From NCBI GenBank assembly GCA_944390955.1, contig CALXRY010000176.1, positions 22,131-86,130 on the forward strand: a stretch of 64,000 nucleotides of DNA, in the 5' to 3' direction. A program made the translations under genes and the position numbers. Under the pieces are notes generated by a model. The model did no database searches. It was not told the DNA's origin and worked only from the letters and a program-made list of their open reading frames with translations. Positions 27,577-37,208 of the stretch are shown here, piece after piece. Numbering within the stretch: position 1 is the stretch's first letter; each line of letters begins with the position of its first letter. The stretch comes from an uncultured Clostridia bacterium (GTDB taxonomy: Bacteria > Bacillota > Clostridia > UBA1381).

Positions 27577-30500
27577 TTATTCCCTTACTTCAAATTCAGC
27601 GGGAGCCATATAATCGTCCCAGATAAATATCCTGTCAAATTCAAAGTCAGGCTTATAGAATTTTTCTCCGTCTGTTTTCTCCGTCTCTATCCGTTCAAGG
27701 ATTGAATCATTATACTTTACGAAAAATATATTTTTCGTTTCGGGAAGCCTTATGGTAACGCCGCCGTTTTCGTATTTTACAGAGGCTGTCATAGGCTGCG
27801 TAAGCGTAAAGCCGCAGTCATCGGCAACGCATATGCTTTGCTCGGCGCTGCCTGATACCGCCGTATAAACACCGGCAGGAAGCTCTGTTCTGACTGTCCC
27901 GTTTTCATCTGACACGAACGTAAGTCCCGATATCGCAGCTTCACCGCTCATCGGCTCTCCGTATTCGTCAAGCAGAGTTAGAGTTACATCGAAAACAGCA
28001 TTGTCCGTGGAATAATATTTAAGGTCGTCTATGCAGACCTTTGAGGTCGCATTATAGCCGTGCTCATCTTTATTTCCTGCGGCCGTTGACGTTACGTCTA
28101 TCCTGTTTATAGCAGAATCCGAAAGCACATTGGTCTCTGCGAATGATATGAGCGTATCGCTTGCAAGGTCATAGATAAGCTCGTACCACGTTCCTTTATG
28201 GCGTATAAGAGAATACCTGTACCAATGACCTGTTTCAAAATCACTGGAAATTATCGATTTTACCGCCGTTCCGTTATCCGAAAAAGTCATAGTCTGCGTA
28301 TACTGAGCGCTTGACGGTGGGAAGCACAGCTTTGCGGTTAATACGTAATCTGTTGAATCATCGTATTCATTCGGAGCGGTATTAAGCAGCATATACGGAT
28401 TTCTGTTGCTGTTACTGAAGCGTCCCGCTCTGAATACCTGATACGTATTTCCGGTTCTGTCGTCGGTCTCGGGTATAAAGCCGGTCGATGTATCTCCGCC
28501 GCCTCTTCCGCCGTCCAAGCAATATGTTATATTTCCAACAGGTATGCTGCATCCTTCCGTGCCCATAGTAAACGACGGCGCATTTGTAAAGTCCTCGTCT
28601 ATATAGACCTCGTTCAATATCTCGGCCTCTTCGGCAGTTATATCAACAGATCTAAAAACATTACCGTATGAAGCGGTCAGCATATATACGCCCGTTTCGG
28701 TATTCGGCTGTACATTTATCGCGCCGTCCTCTACAGATATTCCGTCTCCGTCGCAGCTCCATTCTATCTCTGCATTACGTATCTCTACGCCGAACGTATC
28801 GTATACTGCGGCAGTTATCCCGTAAAATGATGTTTTCTCTGTGTCGGAGACATATACGTGATCATCGGGCAGCGATATCTCGATATAGCTCGGTATCTGT
28901 TCATAGCTGCCCTCTTCCTTTACGGTGATATGGCACTGAGCGGAAACATCACCGGCTGTGACGCTTATGACAGCCGTTCCTTCTTTCAGGCCTGTTATAT
29001 TTCCGTTTTGATCGACCGATGCCGTTTCGGGGTCGGAGGACGTCCATGTCAGCGCAGTACTGCCTGCATTTGAAGGGATTATCTCCGCTGTGAGCTTTAT
29101 CCTTCGCCCGACGGCAATGCCGGCTATGTCTTTATCCAATATTATATCTCTGACAGAAGCAGGCATAACCGTTACAGTAAACATATCGGAAAGCTCACCG
29201 TATACTACTGTTATAGTCTGCTGTCCTTCCGTATTTGGGTCATAGCCCGAAACAGTATAATCATAAATTTCTTCTGTTTTTCCGCTCTTGTAAGTTGCCG
29301 TAACTGTTATGTTTTCAAGGCTTTCGCCGACTTCATATTCCGTTTTTTCGGGAACGGCCTTGATCAAGATGATGCTGTCTGTAAACAAGTCCTCGCTGAG
29401 GTAATAGCCGATATGAGGCGGCTGATTGTATGCCGTCTGCTCTGCGGCAACGCCGCTTCTGTAAACAGGGTCGTGCATCAGTGTCGGAAGCTTGTAATCA
29501 GTCAGCTCAGTTGTCGTGAATACTCTGAGCGCCGAATTGTTGGAAAGAGGATATACGACCTCCTCGCGCCAATCGCCGAACAGATCTGCAGAGAGCGCCG
29601 GATTTGATTTTGTTCCGTTTATGCTTGTGCAGCCGTTTGCACTGAATATCTGTTCCATCCAATACCCGTTCCAAGAGGAGATGATTGTTCCGTCGAGCGT
29701 TTCCTCATAGAGATCGCCGTCCCAGAATATGCGGAAATTAAGAGCCGGCTGTGAAGGAGCGTCTGAATCCGTTCCGTTTCCGCAGACTTTAAAAAGGCTC
29801 CCTCCGCCGCCGTCGGCATGGCAGCCGAGCTGGTAATATAAGCCCATGCCGAAATTACCCATTATACCGCGGCCAGTATCTTTTGTCATACTGTAATGGA
29901 ACAGCTCCTCGCCTGTCGATGCGCTGTATACTGTCATGCCGTAATCGGCGGTCTGACCCTGAGACGCGGTCGTGCTTTCCGTTATGGTATAGCCGCCCGA
30001 TTCATGGACGGAGAAATATTCAAGCCCCGGATTTGTCGGGTCATAGTCGCCTATATGGAGCGCGTCGCCGTGGCCGCGTCCCGAGCACCATTTAACGGAC
30101 ATGTCGTCATCAAAGCATATCGAGCCTGTAAGTATCTCGTCTCTGCCATCGTCATCGACGTCGGCGACGGTTATATTATGGTTGCCCTGACCGGAATATT
30201 TTCCTCCGTATTGTCCGTATATACCGCCGTTATCGTAGGTATCGTGGCTTGCCGCAAGCGTAAGCCTGCCGTTCTCGATAGTATATGCGGCTATCGTAGT
30301 CCTGTCGTAATAGCCGCGGACGGTGACTGCCGCGGGGTGTTCGCCGTCGATATATGCCACAGCCCCGAGGTAGCGGTCGACTCTGTTCCACATATCGACC
30401 CTGCCGCCGGTGTCCTTTCCCCAGTAGCTGCCGTTGCTGTCACGTGAATACGGATAAAATATCGTATCGGCGGCAGTGCCGTCGCTCTCAAAGTATGTAT

Positions 30501-31344
30501 AGTATTCGGGACCCTCGGGAACACGTCCGCCGGAATCAACATAGACTGCGGAGTTATCACCCGATATCACGCTGCCGTCAAGGCTCGCCTGATTTACGTA
30601 ATCGCCGTTTGCGTCCTTTGAGCCGGGAGCGGTCTTGCAGCAAAGCTCCGCCATGCCGTCAAGGTCAAAATCATATACGAGGAACTGCGTATAATGCGCG
30701 CCGCCGCGGATATTCCTGCCGAGGTCGATCCGCCACAAAAGAGTGCCGTCGGTCTTATACGCGTCTATCAAAACATTTCCCGTATAGCCGTCGTTGCTGT
30801 TGTCCTGTGCGTTGCAGTCCCATTTTAAAATGATCTCGTATTCGCCGTCGCCGTCGAGGTCTCCGCAGGACGCGTCGCCTGCCGTATACGTATGTATGCT
30901 CCCGTCCTCGGCAGTGAAATCGTCTGGCTTTTGAAGAGGAATATCAAAATAGCTGTTGTTAAGAACGTTCACTTCACTGCACCTTTCGCCTTCAATTCCG
31001 TTCTTTACAGGTGCAACGCTGTAGCTTTCTCCGTATTTGGTATCGAGATAATTTGTGCTGTCGGAAACATTGACTATCAGCTCGCCGTCGCGGTAGACGT
31101 TGAACGACGGTGAGGAAAGCACAGTATCGGGAGTGCTCTCCGTACCGAGAAGCCGCCAGGAAAGGTAAACTCCGTTGTCCGTCCTCACAGCGACAAGACC
31201 TCGTTCAAGGCTTTCCATCTCCCGTGTGTATTCTGTTTCTCCGTATGAAAAGGTTACGGAGGATGTCGGTTTTTCGGCGGCAAGCGCAGGCACGCCCGAA
31301 ATGAGCGATGATGCAGCAAGCAGCGAGATCAGTTTTTTAAGCAT
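27577..31344 (-). CDS. Secreted multidomain PL11-like rhamnogalacturonan lyase with Ig-like repeats
   Basis: Start trimmed to ATG 31344 (MLKKLISLLAASSLISGVPALA signal peptide) behind AAGGAGAG. GDLDGDGEYEIILKWD and YDFDLDGMAELCCKTAPG are PL11 beta-propeller-like repeats. A Big_2-like segment follows (ALTWTSSDPETASVDQNGNITGLKEGTAVISVTA). Confidence 0.6.
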   Translation of the reverse strand: MLKKLISLLAASSLISGVPALAAEKPTSSVTFSYGETEYTREMESLERGLVAVRTDNGVYLSWRLLGTESTPDTVLSSPSFNVYRDGELIVNVSDSTNYLDTKYGESYSVAPVKNGIEGERCSEVNVLNNSYFDIPLQKPDDFTAEDGSIHTYTAGDASCGDLDGDGEYEIILKWDCNAQDNSNDGYTGNVLIDAYKTDGTLLWRIDLGRNIRGGAHYTQFLVYDFDLDGMAELCCKTAPGSKDANGDYVNQASLDGSVISGDNSAVYVDSGGRVPEGPEYYTYFESDGTAADTIFYPYSRDSNGSYWGKDTGGRVDMWNRVDRYLGAVAYIDGEHPAAVTVRGYYDRTTIAAYTIENGRLTLAASHDTYDNGGIYGQYGGKYSGQGNHNITVADVDDDGRDEILTGSICFDDDMSVKWCSGRGHGDALHIGDYDPTNPGLEYFSVHESGGYTITESTTASQGQTADYGMTVYSASTGEELFHYSMTKDTGRGIMGNFGMGLYYQLGCHADGGGGSLFKVCGNGTDSDAPSQPALNFRIFWDGDLYEETLDGTIISSWNGYWMEQIFSANGCTSINGTKSNPALSADLFGDWREEVVYPLSNNSALRVFTTTELTDYKLPTLMHDPVYRSGVAAEQTAYNQPPHIGYYLSEDLFTDSIILIKAVPEKTEYEVGESLENITVTATYKSGKTEEIYDYTVSGYDPNTEGQQTITVVYGELSDMFTVTVMPASVRDIILDKDIAGIAVGRRIKLTAEIIPSNAGSTALTWTSSDPETASVDQNGNITGLKEGTAVISVTAGDVSAQCHITVKEEGSYEQIPSYIEISLPDDHVYVSDTEKTSFYGITAAVYDTFGVEIRNAEIEWSCDGDGISVEDGAINVQPNTETGVYMLTASYGNVFRSVDITAEEAEILNEVYIDEDFTNAPSFTMGTEGCSIPVGNITYCLDGGRGGGDTSTGFIPETDDRTGNTYQVFRAGRFSNSNRNPYMLLNTAPNEYDDSTDYVLTAKLCFPPSSAQYTQTMTFSDNGTAVKSIISSDFETGHWYRYSLIRHKGTWYELIYDLASDTLISFAETNVLSDSAINRIDVTSTAAGNKDEHGYNATSKVCIDDLKYYSTDNAVFDVTLTLLDEYGEPMSGEAAISGLTFVSDENGTVRTELPAGVYTAVSGSAEQSICVADDCGFTLTQPMTASVKYENGGVTIRLPETKNIFFVKYNDSILERIETEKTDGEKFYKPDFEFDRIFIWDDYMAPAEFEVRE

Positions 31345-31458
31345 TTGTAATTCTCTCTCCTTAAGGATAAATTTCCCCAATACTCAATCATATAAATAAT
31401 ATATTTTATTATATACCATATTTTAAATTATTGGAATATAAATTTTAGTGTTTTTGTT

Positions 31459-31704
31459 TTAAAATGAAGATTTTATGATCTCAACTACTCTTACAAGAAT
31501 TATTTCCTTGCCTATGACCGCGATGCTGTTCCATGGGATTATAAGCTCTCTTCCGAGCATATTTAGTATACCGCTTCTTTTTACGATAAGCGATTTTATA
31601 TTTCCGCTTTCTGTATCTATCTCAACATCGGCAACAACGCCGATCCTTTCGGCCGTATCGATATTTATTACCTCTCTGTTCTTGAAGCTGTCGGTGCGGA
31701 ACAT
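31459..31704 (-). CDS. ymxH: YlmC/YmxH family sporulation protein (PRC barrel)
   Basis: 81 aa containing NREVINIDTAERIGVVADVEIDTESGNIKSLIV...IPWNSI. Confidence 0.8.
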   Translation of the reverse strand: MFRTDSFKNREVINIDTAERIGVVADVEIDTESGNIKSLIVKRSGILNMLGRELIIPWNSIAVIGKEIILVRVVEIIKSSF

Positions 31705-31717
31705 AATAAAACCTCCT

Positions 31718-31805
31718 AAAAAAATGGGACCGTCGCTTTTAGAGCAGACCGCAGCGACTTACACGCAGTGTAAGTTCGCCATGGGGCTTTTAGCCCCTGC
31801 TACGA
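31718..31805 (-). other. Three-hairpin leader ending in U7 directly upstream of the ymxH RBS
   Basis: Hairpins at 31783-31797 (GGGGCT/AGCCCC), 31757-31775 (ACTTACAC/GTGTAAGT) and 31732-31758 (GTCGCT/AGCGAC). The A-run at 31718-31724 is a U-run on the minus strand. Confidence 0.35.
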
Positions 31806-31855
31806 ACAAAACGCACCACTTGATGTATACATATACAACATCGGGTGCGTTTCGT
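31806..31855 (-). terminator. Likely terminator of the flavoprotein gene
   Basis: 12-bp stem ACGAAACGCACC / GGTGCGTTTTGT (one mismatch), followed on the minus strand by TTTTGTT. Confidence 0.55.
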
Positions 31856-31909
31856 CCGTTCTGCATCTAAAATTGAGCGGTCCTATGATTTTGATGCAAT
31901 AACCATAAG

Positions 31910-32533
31910 TTATCTTATAAAATTAGTTTTTACAGGCGCCTCCTGCTTGGGAAGCTCTATGCCGTTTTCCTCGGCGCATTTGAGGACCTTCAAAAGCCAT
32001 GCCATATTGCGTCCAAGGGTGCGCATTATCTGGAGCCCTTCCTCGTCCTTTTTGACATCATCGGAAGTTTTTCCGTGGACCATGTTCCAGTACTGCGACG
32101 GAACGCCTATCATACGGTTTATGCCGAAATATTTGTTGAACTGGTCGTATGTCGCGGTAGTCCCGGCGCGCCTTGCCGAACAGACTCCCGCCGCGGGCTT
32201 AAAGCGCATATGCGAGCCGCCGGACATGAACAGCCTGTCAAGCACGCACGCCATAGTTCCGGACATCGCGGCGTAATGAACGGGAGAGCCGAATATATAT
32301 CCGTCGGCAGTCTTTGCCTTTTCAAGGATGGAATTTACAACATCGTCATCAAAAACGCATTTCCCGAGCTTCGCGCAGCCGCCGCAGCCGATACAGCCTC
32401 TTACAGGCTTCGTTCCAGTCCAGACTATTTCTGTTTCAATACCGTTTTTCTCAAGCTCTGCGGCGGCCTCTGACAGAGCGGTGAATGTGCAGCCCTTTTC
32501 ATTTGGACTTCCGTTGATAAGTAATACCTTCAT
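31910..32533 (-). CDS. Flavodoxin-like / NAD(P)H-dependent FMN reductase family protein (Isf-like Cys cluster)
   Basis: MKVLLINGSPNEKGCT ... CIGCGGCAKLGKC. Confidence 0.75.
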   Translation of the reverse strand: MKVLLINGSPNEKGCTFTALSEAAAELEKNGIETEIVWTGTKPVRGCIGCGGCAKLGKCVFDDDVVNSILEKAKTADGYIFGSPVHYAAMSGTMACVLDRLFMSGGSHMRFKPAAGVCSARRAGTTATYDQFNKYFGINRMIGVPSQYWNMVHGKTSDDVKKDEEGLQIMRTLGRNMAWLLKVLKCAEENGIELPKQEAPVKTNFIR

Positions 32534-32584
32534 GATTTTGTTCCTCCTGTTATTATGTATATTAACGCCGCATGATGTGCGCCG

Positions 32585-33061
32585 CTAATATTCTAATCCC
32601 ATATTCATTTCATTTTCCTTCCATTTGCAGGTGCTCCTTGCGCTGCAGTCAAAGCACAGCCTTGAAAGATTATCGGCTTTTTGGAGTATCTTGCCGAGCT
32701 TGTTTTTTGTTTCTCCGTGACGGTGAGTATCTATCGCTGACAGTATCTCGGATATTTCGTTATCGTAAAAGCCGCATTGCGGCAGTATTTCTGCAGCAAT
32801 CTCAACAGACGCCTTCTGATGAGGCGTTCCGTCCGCGTACTGGCGAAAGCGTCCCGTATCGTGGAGCAGAGCCGCGGCGTAAATGATATCTTTTTTAAGC
32901 TCTGTTCCCTCCTCAAGGCTAAGTATATAGCTTATCCTTGCCGTATCTGCCGCATGCTCGAGTCCGTGCAGGCAGTATATCCTTCCCTGCTCCGCTTTTT
33001 TTGTTTCGTTAATGGCACGGATAAATTGTGGTGACGAAAGTATTTTATTGATTCTTTCCAT
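32585..33061 (-). CDS. HD-domain phosphohydrolase
   Basis: Contains HGLEHAADTA ... AALLHDTGR. Confidence 0.75.
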   Translation of the reverse strand: MERINKILSSPQFIRAINETKKAEQGRIYCLHGLEHAADTARISYILSLEEGTELKKDIIYAAALLHDTGRFRQYADGTPHQKASVEIAAEILPQCGFYDNEISEILSAIDTHRHGETKNKLGKILQKADNLSRLCFDCSARSTCKWKENEMNMGLEY

Positions 33062-33064
33062 GTT

Positions 33065-34285
33065 TTATTCCTTTACTGCTTCGTAAAATTTATTAAGGAA
33101 CGACAGCGAGCCGAAGGCTGCCGTTATTTTATCGTTTTGTATGATGCTGCCGATCCTGCTTATATCAATAGGATCGGCGTCTGCGCCGCATTTTGTAAAT
33201 TCCTCGGCAAGCTTTTGCGCACTTAACGCACGCGGGTTATCCGGAGTTACTGTATATACTTTTTCGGCAAGCGGCGAAAGTATTTTCGCCGCCGCACGGT
33301 AATCCTTGTCTGCAAGCACTCCGGCAACGAATATAAATTTTTTTCCCGGGAAATAAGCCTCAAGGCTTTTTCTAAGCTCATAAAATGCCTGCCTGTTGTG
33401 CGCGCCGTCGGCTATGATAAGCGGTTCATGGCTGACCGTATCGAACCTCCCGCGCCAGACAGCGTTTTTTAGGCCGTTCCGTATGCTCTCCTCCGCAATG
33501 CCGAGGCTTTGCAGTACAGATACGGCCGCTGCGGCGTTAAACGGCTGGAACGTCCCAAAAAGACTTATTTCGATGTTTTTCATAGGACCGAGGTCAAACC
33601 AAGTTTTAGAGTTCGAGAAGCTAATATTTTCGGGCGTTTGAGCAAAAATAACGGGAAGCCCCTCTGCTTTTTCTCTTATCACGCGCTCTGCTTCGGAAGT
33701 CTGAGTCGATACTACTACGGTAGTCTTATCATTAAAAATACCGCATTTTTCGGCGGCTATCTCCTCTATCGTGCTCCCGAGGATGTTCATATGGTCGAGC
33801 GACACGGATGTTATAACGGCTGTTTTTGCTGTGTCTATAACATTCGTCGAGTCGCCGCGCCCTCCGAGTCCGGCTTCTATTATGCAGTATTCGCAGCCGG
33901 AAAAATACAGAAACGCCGCTGCTGTCTCGGCTTCAAACGCCGACGGGCTTATATCTTCAGCTTCGGCCGCGTCCTTTATTTTTGATATAAGCTCCGCAAA
34001 TGTCTGCGGAGCTATATCTTTTCCGTTTTTCCGTATGATCTCAAAATACGAGAACACCGCAGGAGAGGAATACCTTCCGACCGATGCTCCGGTATTGAGG
34101 AGAGCCGCTTCGATAAACGCCCCGACCGAGCCCTTGCCGTTCGTTCCGGCTATGTGTATAACATTTTTTAATGAGTTCTGCGGATCACCGAGGCGGCTCA
34201 TGAGCTTTTGCATCTGGCCGAGCCCGGGAACGATACCGCGCTTTTTGAGCTTTTCTATATAATTTAACGATTGTTCAGGTGTCAT
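33065..34285 (-). CDS. folC: Folylpolyglutamate synthase / dihydrofolate synthase
   Basis: IHIAGTNGKGSV is a Mur-ligase P-loop. Length 406 aa. Confidence 0.85.
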   Translation of the reverse strand: MTPEQSLNYIEKLKKRGIVPGLGQMQKLMSRLGDPQNSLKNVIHIAGTNGKGSVGAFIEAALLNTGASVGRYSSPAVFSYFEIIRKNGKDIAPQTFAELISKIKDAAEAEDISPSAFEAETAAAFLYFSGCEYCIIEAGLGGRGDSTNVIDTAKTAVITSVSLDHMNILGSTIEEIAAEKCGIFNDKTTVVVSTQTSEAERVIREKAEGLPVIFAQTPENISFSNSKTWFDLGPMKNIEISLFGTFQPFNAAAAVSVLQSLGIAEESIRNGLKNAVWRGRFDTVSHEPLIIADGAHNRQAFYELRKSLEAYFPGKKFIFVAGVLADKDYRAAAKILSPLAEKVYTVTPDNPRALSAQKLAEEFTKCGADADPIDISRIGSIIQNDKITAAFGSLSFLNKFYEAVKE

Positions 34286-34287
34286 AT

Positions 34288-35826
34288 CTATTGTATGTGC
34301 CTCTGTCTGTCCATATTTCTGTATTGTATCGCTTCGGCGATATGAGCGTCCGTTATATTTTCGGAGCCGGCAAGGTCGGCTATCGTCCTTGCGACCTTCA
34401 ATATCTTGCTGTGAGCTCTTGCGGAAAGCCCGAGTGCATTGAACGCGCTCCTTAAAAGGCTGTCGGCGGATTTGTCAAGGCGGCAGTATTTCTGGAGCAT
34501 CCCTGCCGTGAGCTGTGAATTCGAGTTGATACCCGGGATATCCTTATACCGCTCGGTCTGTATCTTCCGCGCCTTGTTTACGCGCTCTCTTACGATTGCG
34601 CTCGATTCTCCCTTTTTAGCTGAGCTTAGCTCGTTATATTCAACGCTCGGCACATCGACCTGTATATCTATCCTGTCCATCAGCGGTCCGGATATCCTGC
34701 TTCTGTAGCGCTCGATCTCACGCTGCGTGCAGGTGCATATTTTATTTCTGCTGCCGTAGTTCCCGCATTTGCAGGGATTCATCGCGCAGACGAGCATGAT
34801 ATTGCACGGATATGTAAGCGTTGCGTTTACTCTTGAGATCGTGACGCGTCCGTCCTCGAGCGGCTGTCTGAGGACCTCTAGAGCGTCGCGGTTAAATTCG
34901 GGCAGCTCGTCAAGGAACAGCACGCCGTTATGCGCAAGCGAAAGCTCTCCGGGCTTCGGGACCTTTCCTCCTCCGCTGAGAGCTGCGGCCGATGCGTTAT
35001 TATGAGGATTTCTGAACGGCCGTACTGTTATGAGCGGAGATTTTTCCGGAAGTATACCGGCTATCGAATGTATTTTTGTGACCTCGAGCATCTCGTCAAA
35101 CGTCATGTCTGGAAGGATAGTGCAGAGCCTTTGCGCTATCATCGATTTTCCCGTTCCGGCCGGACCGCAGAGAAGTATATTGTGTGAGCCGCTTGCGGCT
35201 ATCTCAAGCGCGCGCTTTGCTTGAGCCTGACCCTTTACGTCGGCAAGGTCTATCATAAATTCGGGATTTGCTTTATAAAGCTCCGATATATCGGTCTTAT
35301 GCGCCTGTATTTTATTAAGTCCCGCCAGATGATCGGCAAGGGCGCGGAGGTTTTTTACGGGATATATTTCCGCTCCCTCTATTATTGCGGCCTCGTCGGC
35401 GTTTTCAACCGGGACGAAGAATTTTGTAAAGCCGTTTGTAAACGCGGAAATGACCATCGGCAGAACGCCCGTCACGGGAGATATCGAGCCATCGAGAGCC
35501 ATCTCGCCTATAAAAAGAGTGTGGTCGGGATCGGGTATCGAAAGCTGTCCCGATGCACATAATACCGATACGGTGATAGGAAGGTCGTAATGACTGCCTT
35601 CCTTATGGGTCGCGGCGGGAGCCATATTTATCGTTATGCGTTTCTGCGGTATTGAAAAACCGCTGTTTTTTACCGAGGAGCGTGTGCGCTCCTTCGATTC
35701 CTTTATCGCCATGCCCGCAAGCCCTATAATTTCTATTGAGGGCATACCGTTTGAAATATCGGTCTGGACCTCGACCATGAAGCCATCGATACCCATAAGT
35801 CCTGCTGTATGAATTTTAGAAAGCAT
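34288..35826 (-). CDS. YifB/ComM family Mg-chelatase-like AAA+ ATPase
   Basis: LCGPAGTGKS, VLFLDELPEF, and the N-terminal Lon-like domain MLSKIHTAGLMGIDG. Confidence 0.85.
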   Translation of the reverse strand: MLSKIHTAGLMGIDGFMVEVQTDISNGMPSIEIIGLAGMAIKESKERTRSSVKNSGFSIPQKRITINMAPAATHKEGSHYDLPITVSVLCASGQLSIPDPDHTLFIGEMALDGSISPVTGVLPMVISAFTNGFTKFFVPVENADEAAIIEGAEIYPVKNLRALADHLAGLNKIQAHKTDISELYKANPEFMIDLADVKGQAQAKRALEIAASGSHNILLCGPAGTGKSMIAQRLCTILPDMTFDEMLEVTKIHSIAGILPEKSPLITVRPFRNPHNNASAAALSGGGKVPKPGELSLAHNGVLFLDELPEFNRDALEVLRQPLEDGRVTISRVNATLTYPCNIMLVCAMNPCKCGNYGSRNKICTCTQREIERYRSRISGPLMDRIDIQVDVPSVEYNELSSAKKGESSAIVRERVNKARKIQTERYKDIPGINSNSQLTAGMLQKYCRLDKSADSLLRSAFNALGLSARAHSKILKVARTIADLAGSENITDAHIAEAIQYRNMDRQRHIQ

Positions 35827-35938
35827 ATCGTTTTTCTCCTTATGTATTTAAATTCCGGCACAGGCTCCCGAAGCGCTTTGCCGCTGCTGTATTTCCTTAA
35901 TTATACCACAAATCCGGCAAATATACAACATATTTTTA

Positions 35939-35967
35939 TTGCAATAAATGAGGATTTGTGTTAGAAT
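35939..35967 (+). promoter_or_regulatory. Candidate rodA promoter
   Basis: TTGCAA, 17 nt, TAGAAT, with a TGT extended -10 element. Confidence 0.5.
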
Positions 35968-36059
35968 AAAGAGTAGGACCGCTGTTTCTAGCACAGAATG
36001 CATAAAGATTAGCTTATAAAAAGAAAAGTAAATTTCTTTGATTTTGGAGTGGATTTGAT

Positions 36060-37208
36060 TTGAACAGAAAAGAAAGAAAAATATCGCCCGGACTTGACAA
36101 AAGGTCCGTTATGGCGCGCGATTTTGACTGGGTGCTTTTTGCCATAACGATAATTTTATCGGTTTTCGGGATAATAGTTATATATTCGGCAACGAGGACA
36201 CTCGATTCGATAACGAATGTGGTCGTTCAGTCGGCGGCGTTTTGTCTCGGCACCGCCGCGCTCATCGTTGTGTGCTTGTTCGATTACGAGCAGTTCAAGA
36301 ACCTCGTAAAGCCGATATATATATTCAGTATCGTAATACTTGTGCTCGTGCTTATTTTTGGAGTGACGGGCGACTGGGGTGCAAGGAGCTGGATACGCTT
36401 CGGACCGATAGGGATACAGCCTGCGGAGTTTGCAAAGCTGTGCTTTATACTGACGTTTTCGTATCATCTTGAAAAGGTGCTTGACGATATAAACAAGCCG
36501 ATTGTGATACTCGGGCTTCTTGCACATGTCGGAGTGCTTGTCGCACTTATTATGATGCAGCCGGACCTCGGAAGCACGCTTGTATTTATATTTATGTTCC
36601 TGTGCTTTATGTTCACGGCGAAGCTGTCCTATAAGTATATAATTCCCGTTGGAGTAATAGGGATCGCATCGCTGCCGTTTATCTACAGGTATGGTCTCAA
36701 TGAATATCAGCAGGAAAGGATACTTGTGTTCCTCGACCCGAACCGCGATCCTCTTGGACGCGGCTACAACGTTATCCAGTCGACAATAGCGGTGGGCTCC
36801 GGACAGCTCTGGGGAAAGGGCTATCTTGAGGGGACGCAGAACCAAATGGGGTATCTTCCGACAAAATACACTGACTTCATATTCAGCGTTATAAGCGAGG
36901 AATTCGGATTTATAGGCGCGATGGCCGTTGTTATACTGCTGTTTGTACTGATATGGCGGTGCTTCAGCATCGCAAGGCGCGCCGACAACGCCTATGGGCG
37001 GTTTATCTGCATAGGCGTCGGAGCGATGTTCCTGTTTCATGTTTTTGAGAACGTAGGTATGTGCATAGGCTTAACTCCGGTTACGGGAATACCGCTGCCG
37101 TTTCTGAGCTACGGCGGAACGTCGCTCGTTACAAACATGATAGCGATAGGGCTTGTTATGAGCGTAGCCTACCATAACAAGCCGAGGAACGTTTACGATG
37201 TGTATTAA
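36060..37208 (+). CDS. rodA: FtsW/RodA/SpoVE family (SEDS) protein, RodA-like
   Basis: 382-aa polytopic membrane protein containing GYNVIQSTIAVGSGQLWGKGY ... PVTGIPLPFLSYGGTS. Confidence 0.85.
   Translation: MNRKERKISPGLDKRSVMARDFDWVLFAITIILSVFGIIVIYSATRTLDSITNVVVQSAAFCLGTAALIVVCLFDYEQFKNLVKPIYIFSIVILVLVLIFGVTGDWGARSWIRFGPIGIQPAEFAKLCFILTFSYHLEKVLDDINKPIVILGLLAHVGVLVALIMMQPDLGSTLVFIFMFLCFMFTAKLSYKYIIPVGVIGIASLPFIYRYGLNEYQQERILVFLDPNRDPLGRGYNVIQSTIAVGSGQLWGKGYLEGTQNQMGYLPTKYTDFIFSVISEEFGFIGAMAVVILLFVLIWRCFSIARRADNAYGRFICIGVGAMFLFHVFENVGMCIGLTPVTGIPLPFLSYGGTSLVTNMIAIGLVMSVAYHNKPRNVYDVY

Noticed and set aside
36156-37040. 294-aa minus-strand ORF
   Set aside because: It is antisense to rodA. 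The Arg/Tyr/Lys-rich composition is typical of a shadow frame.
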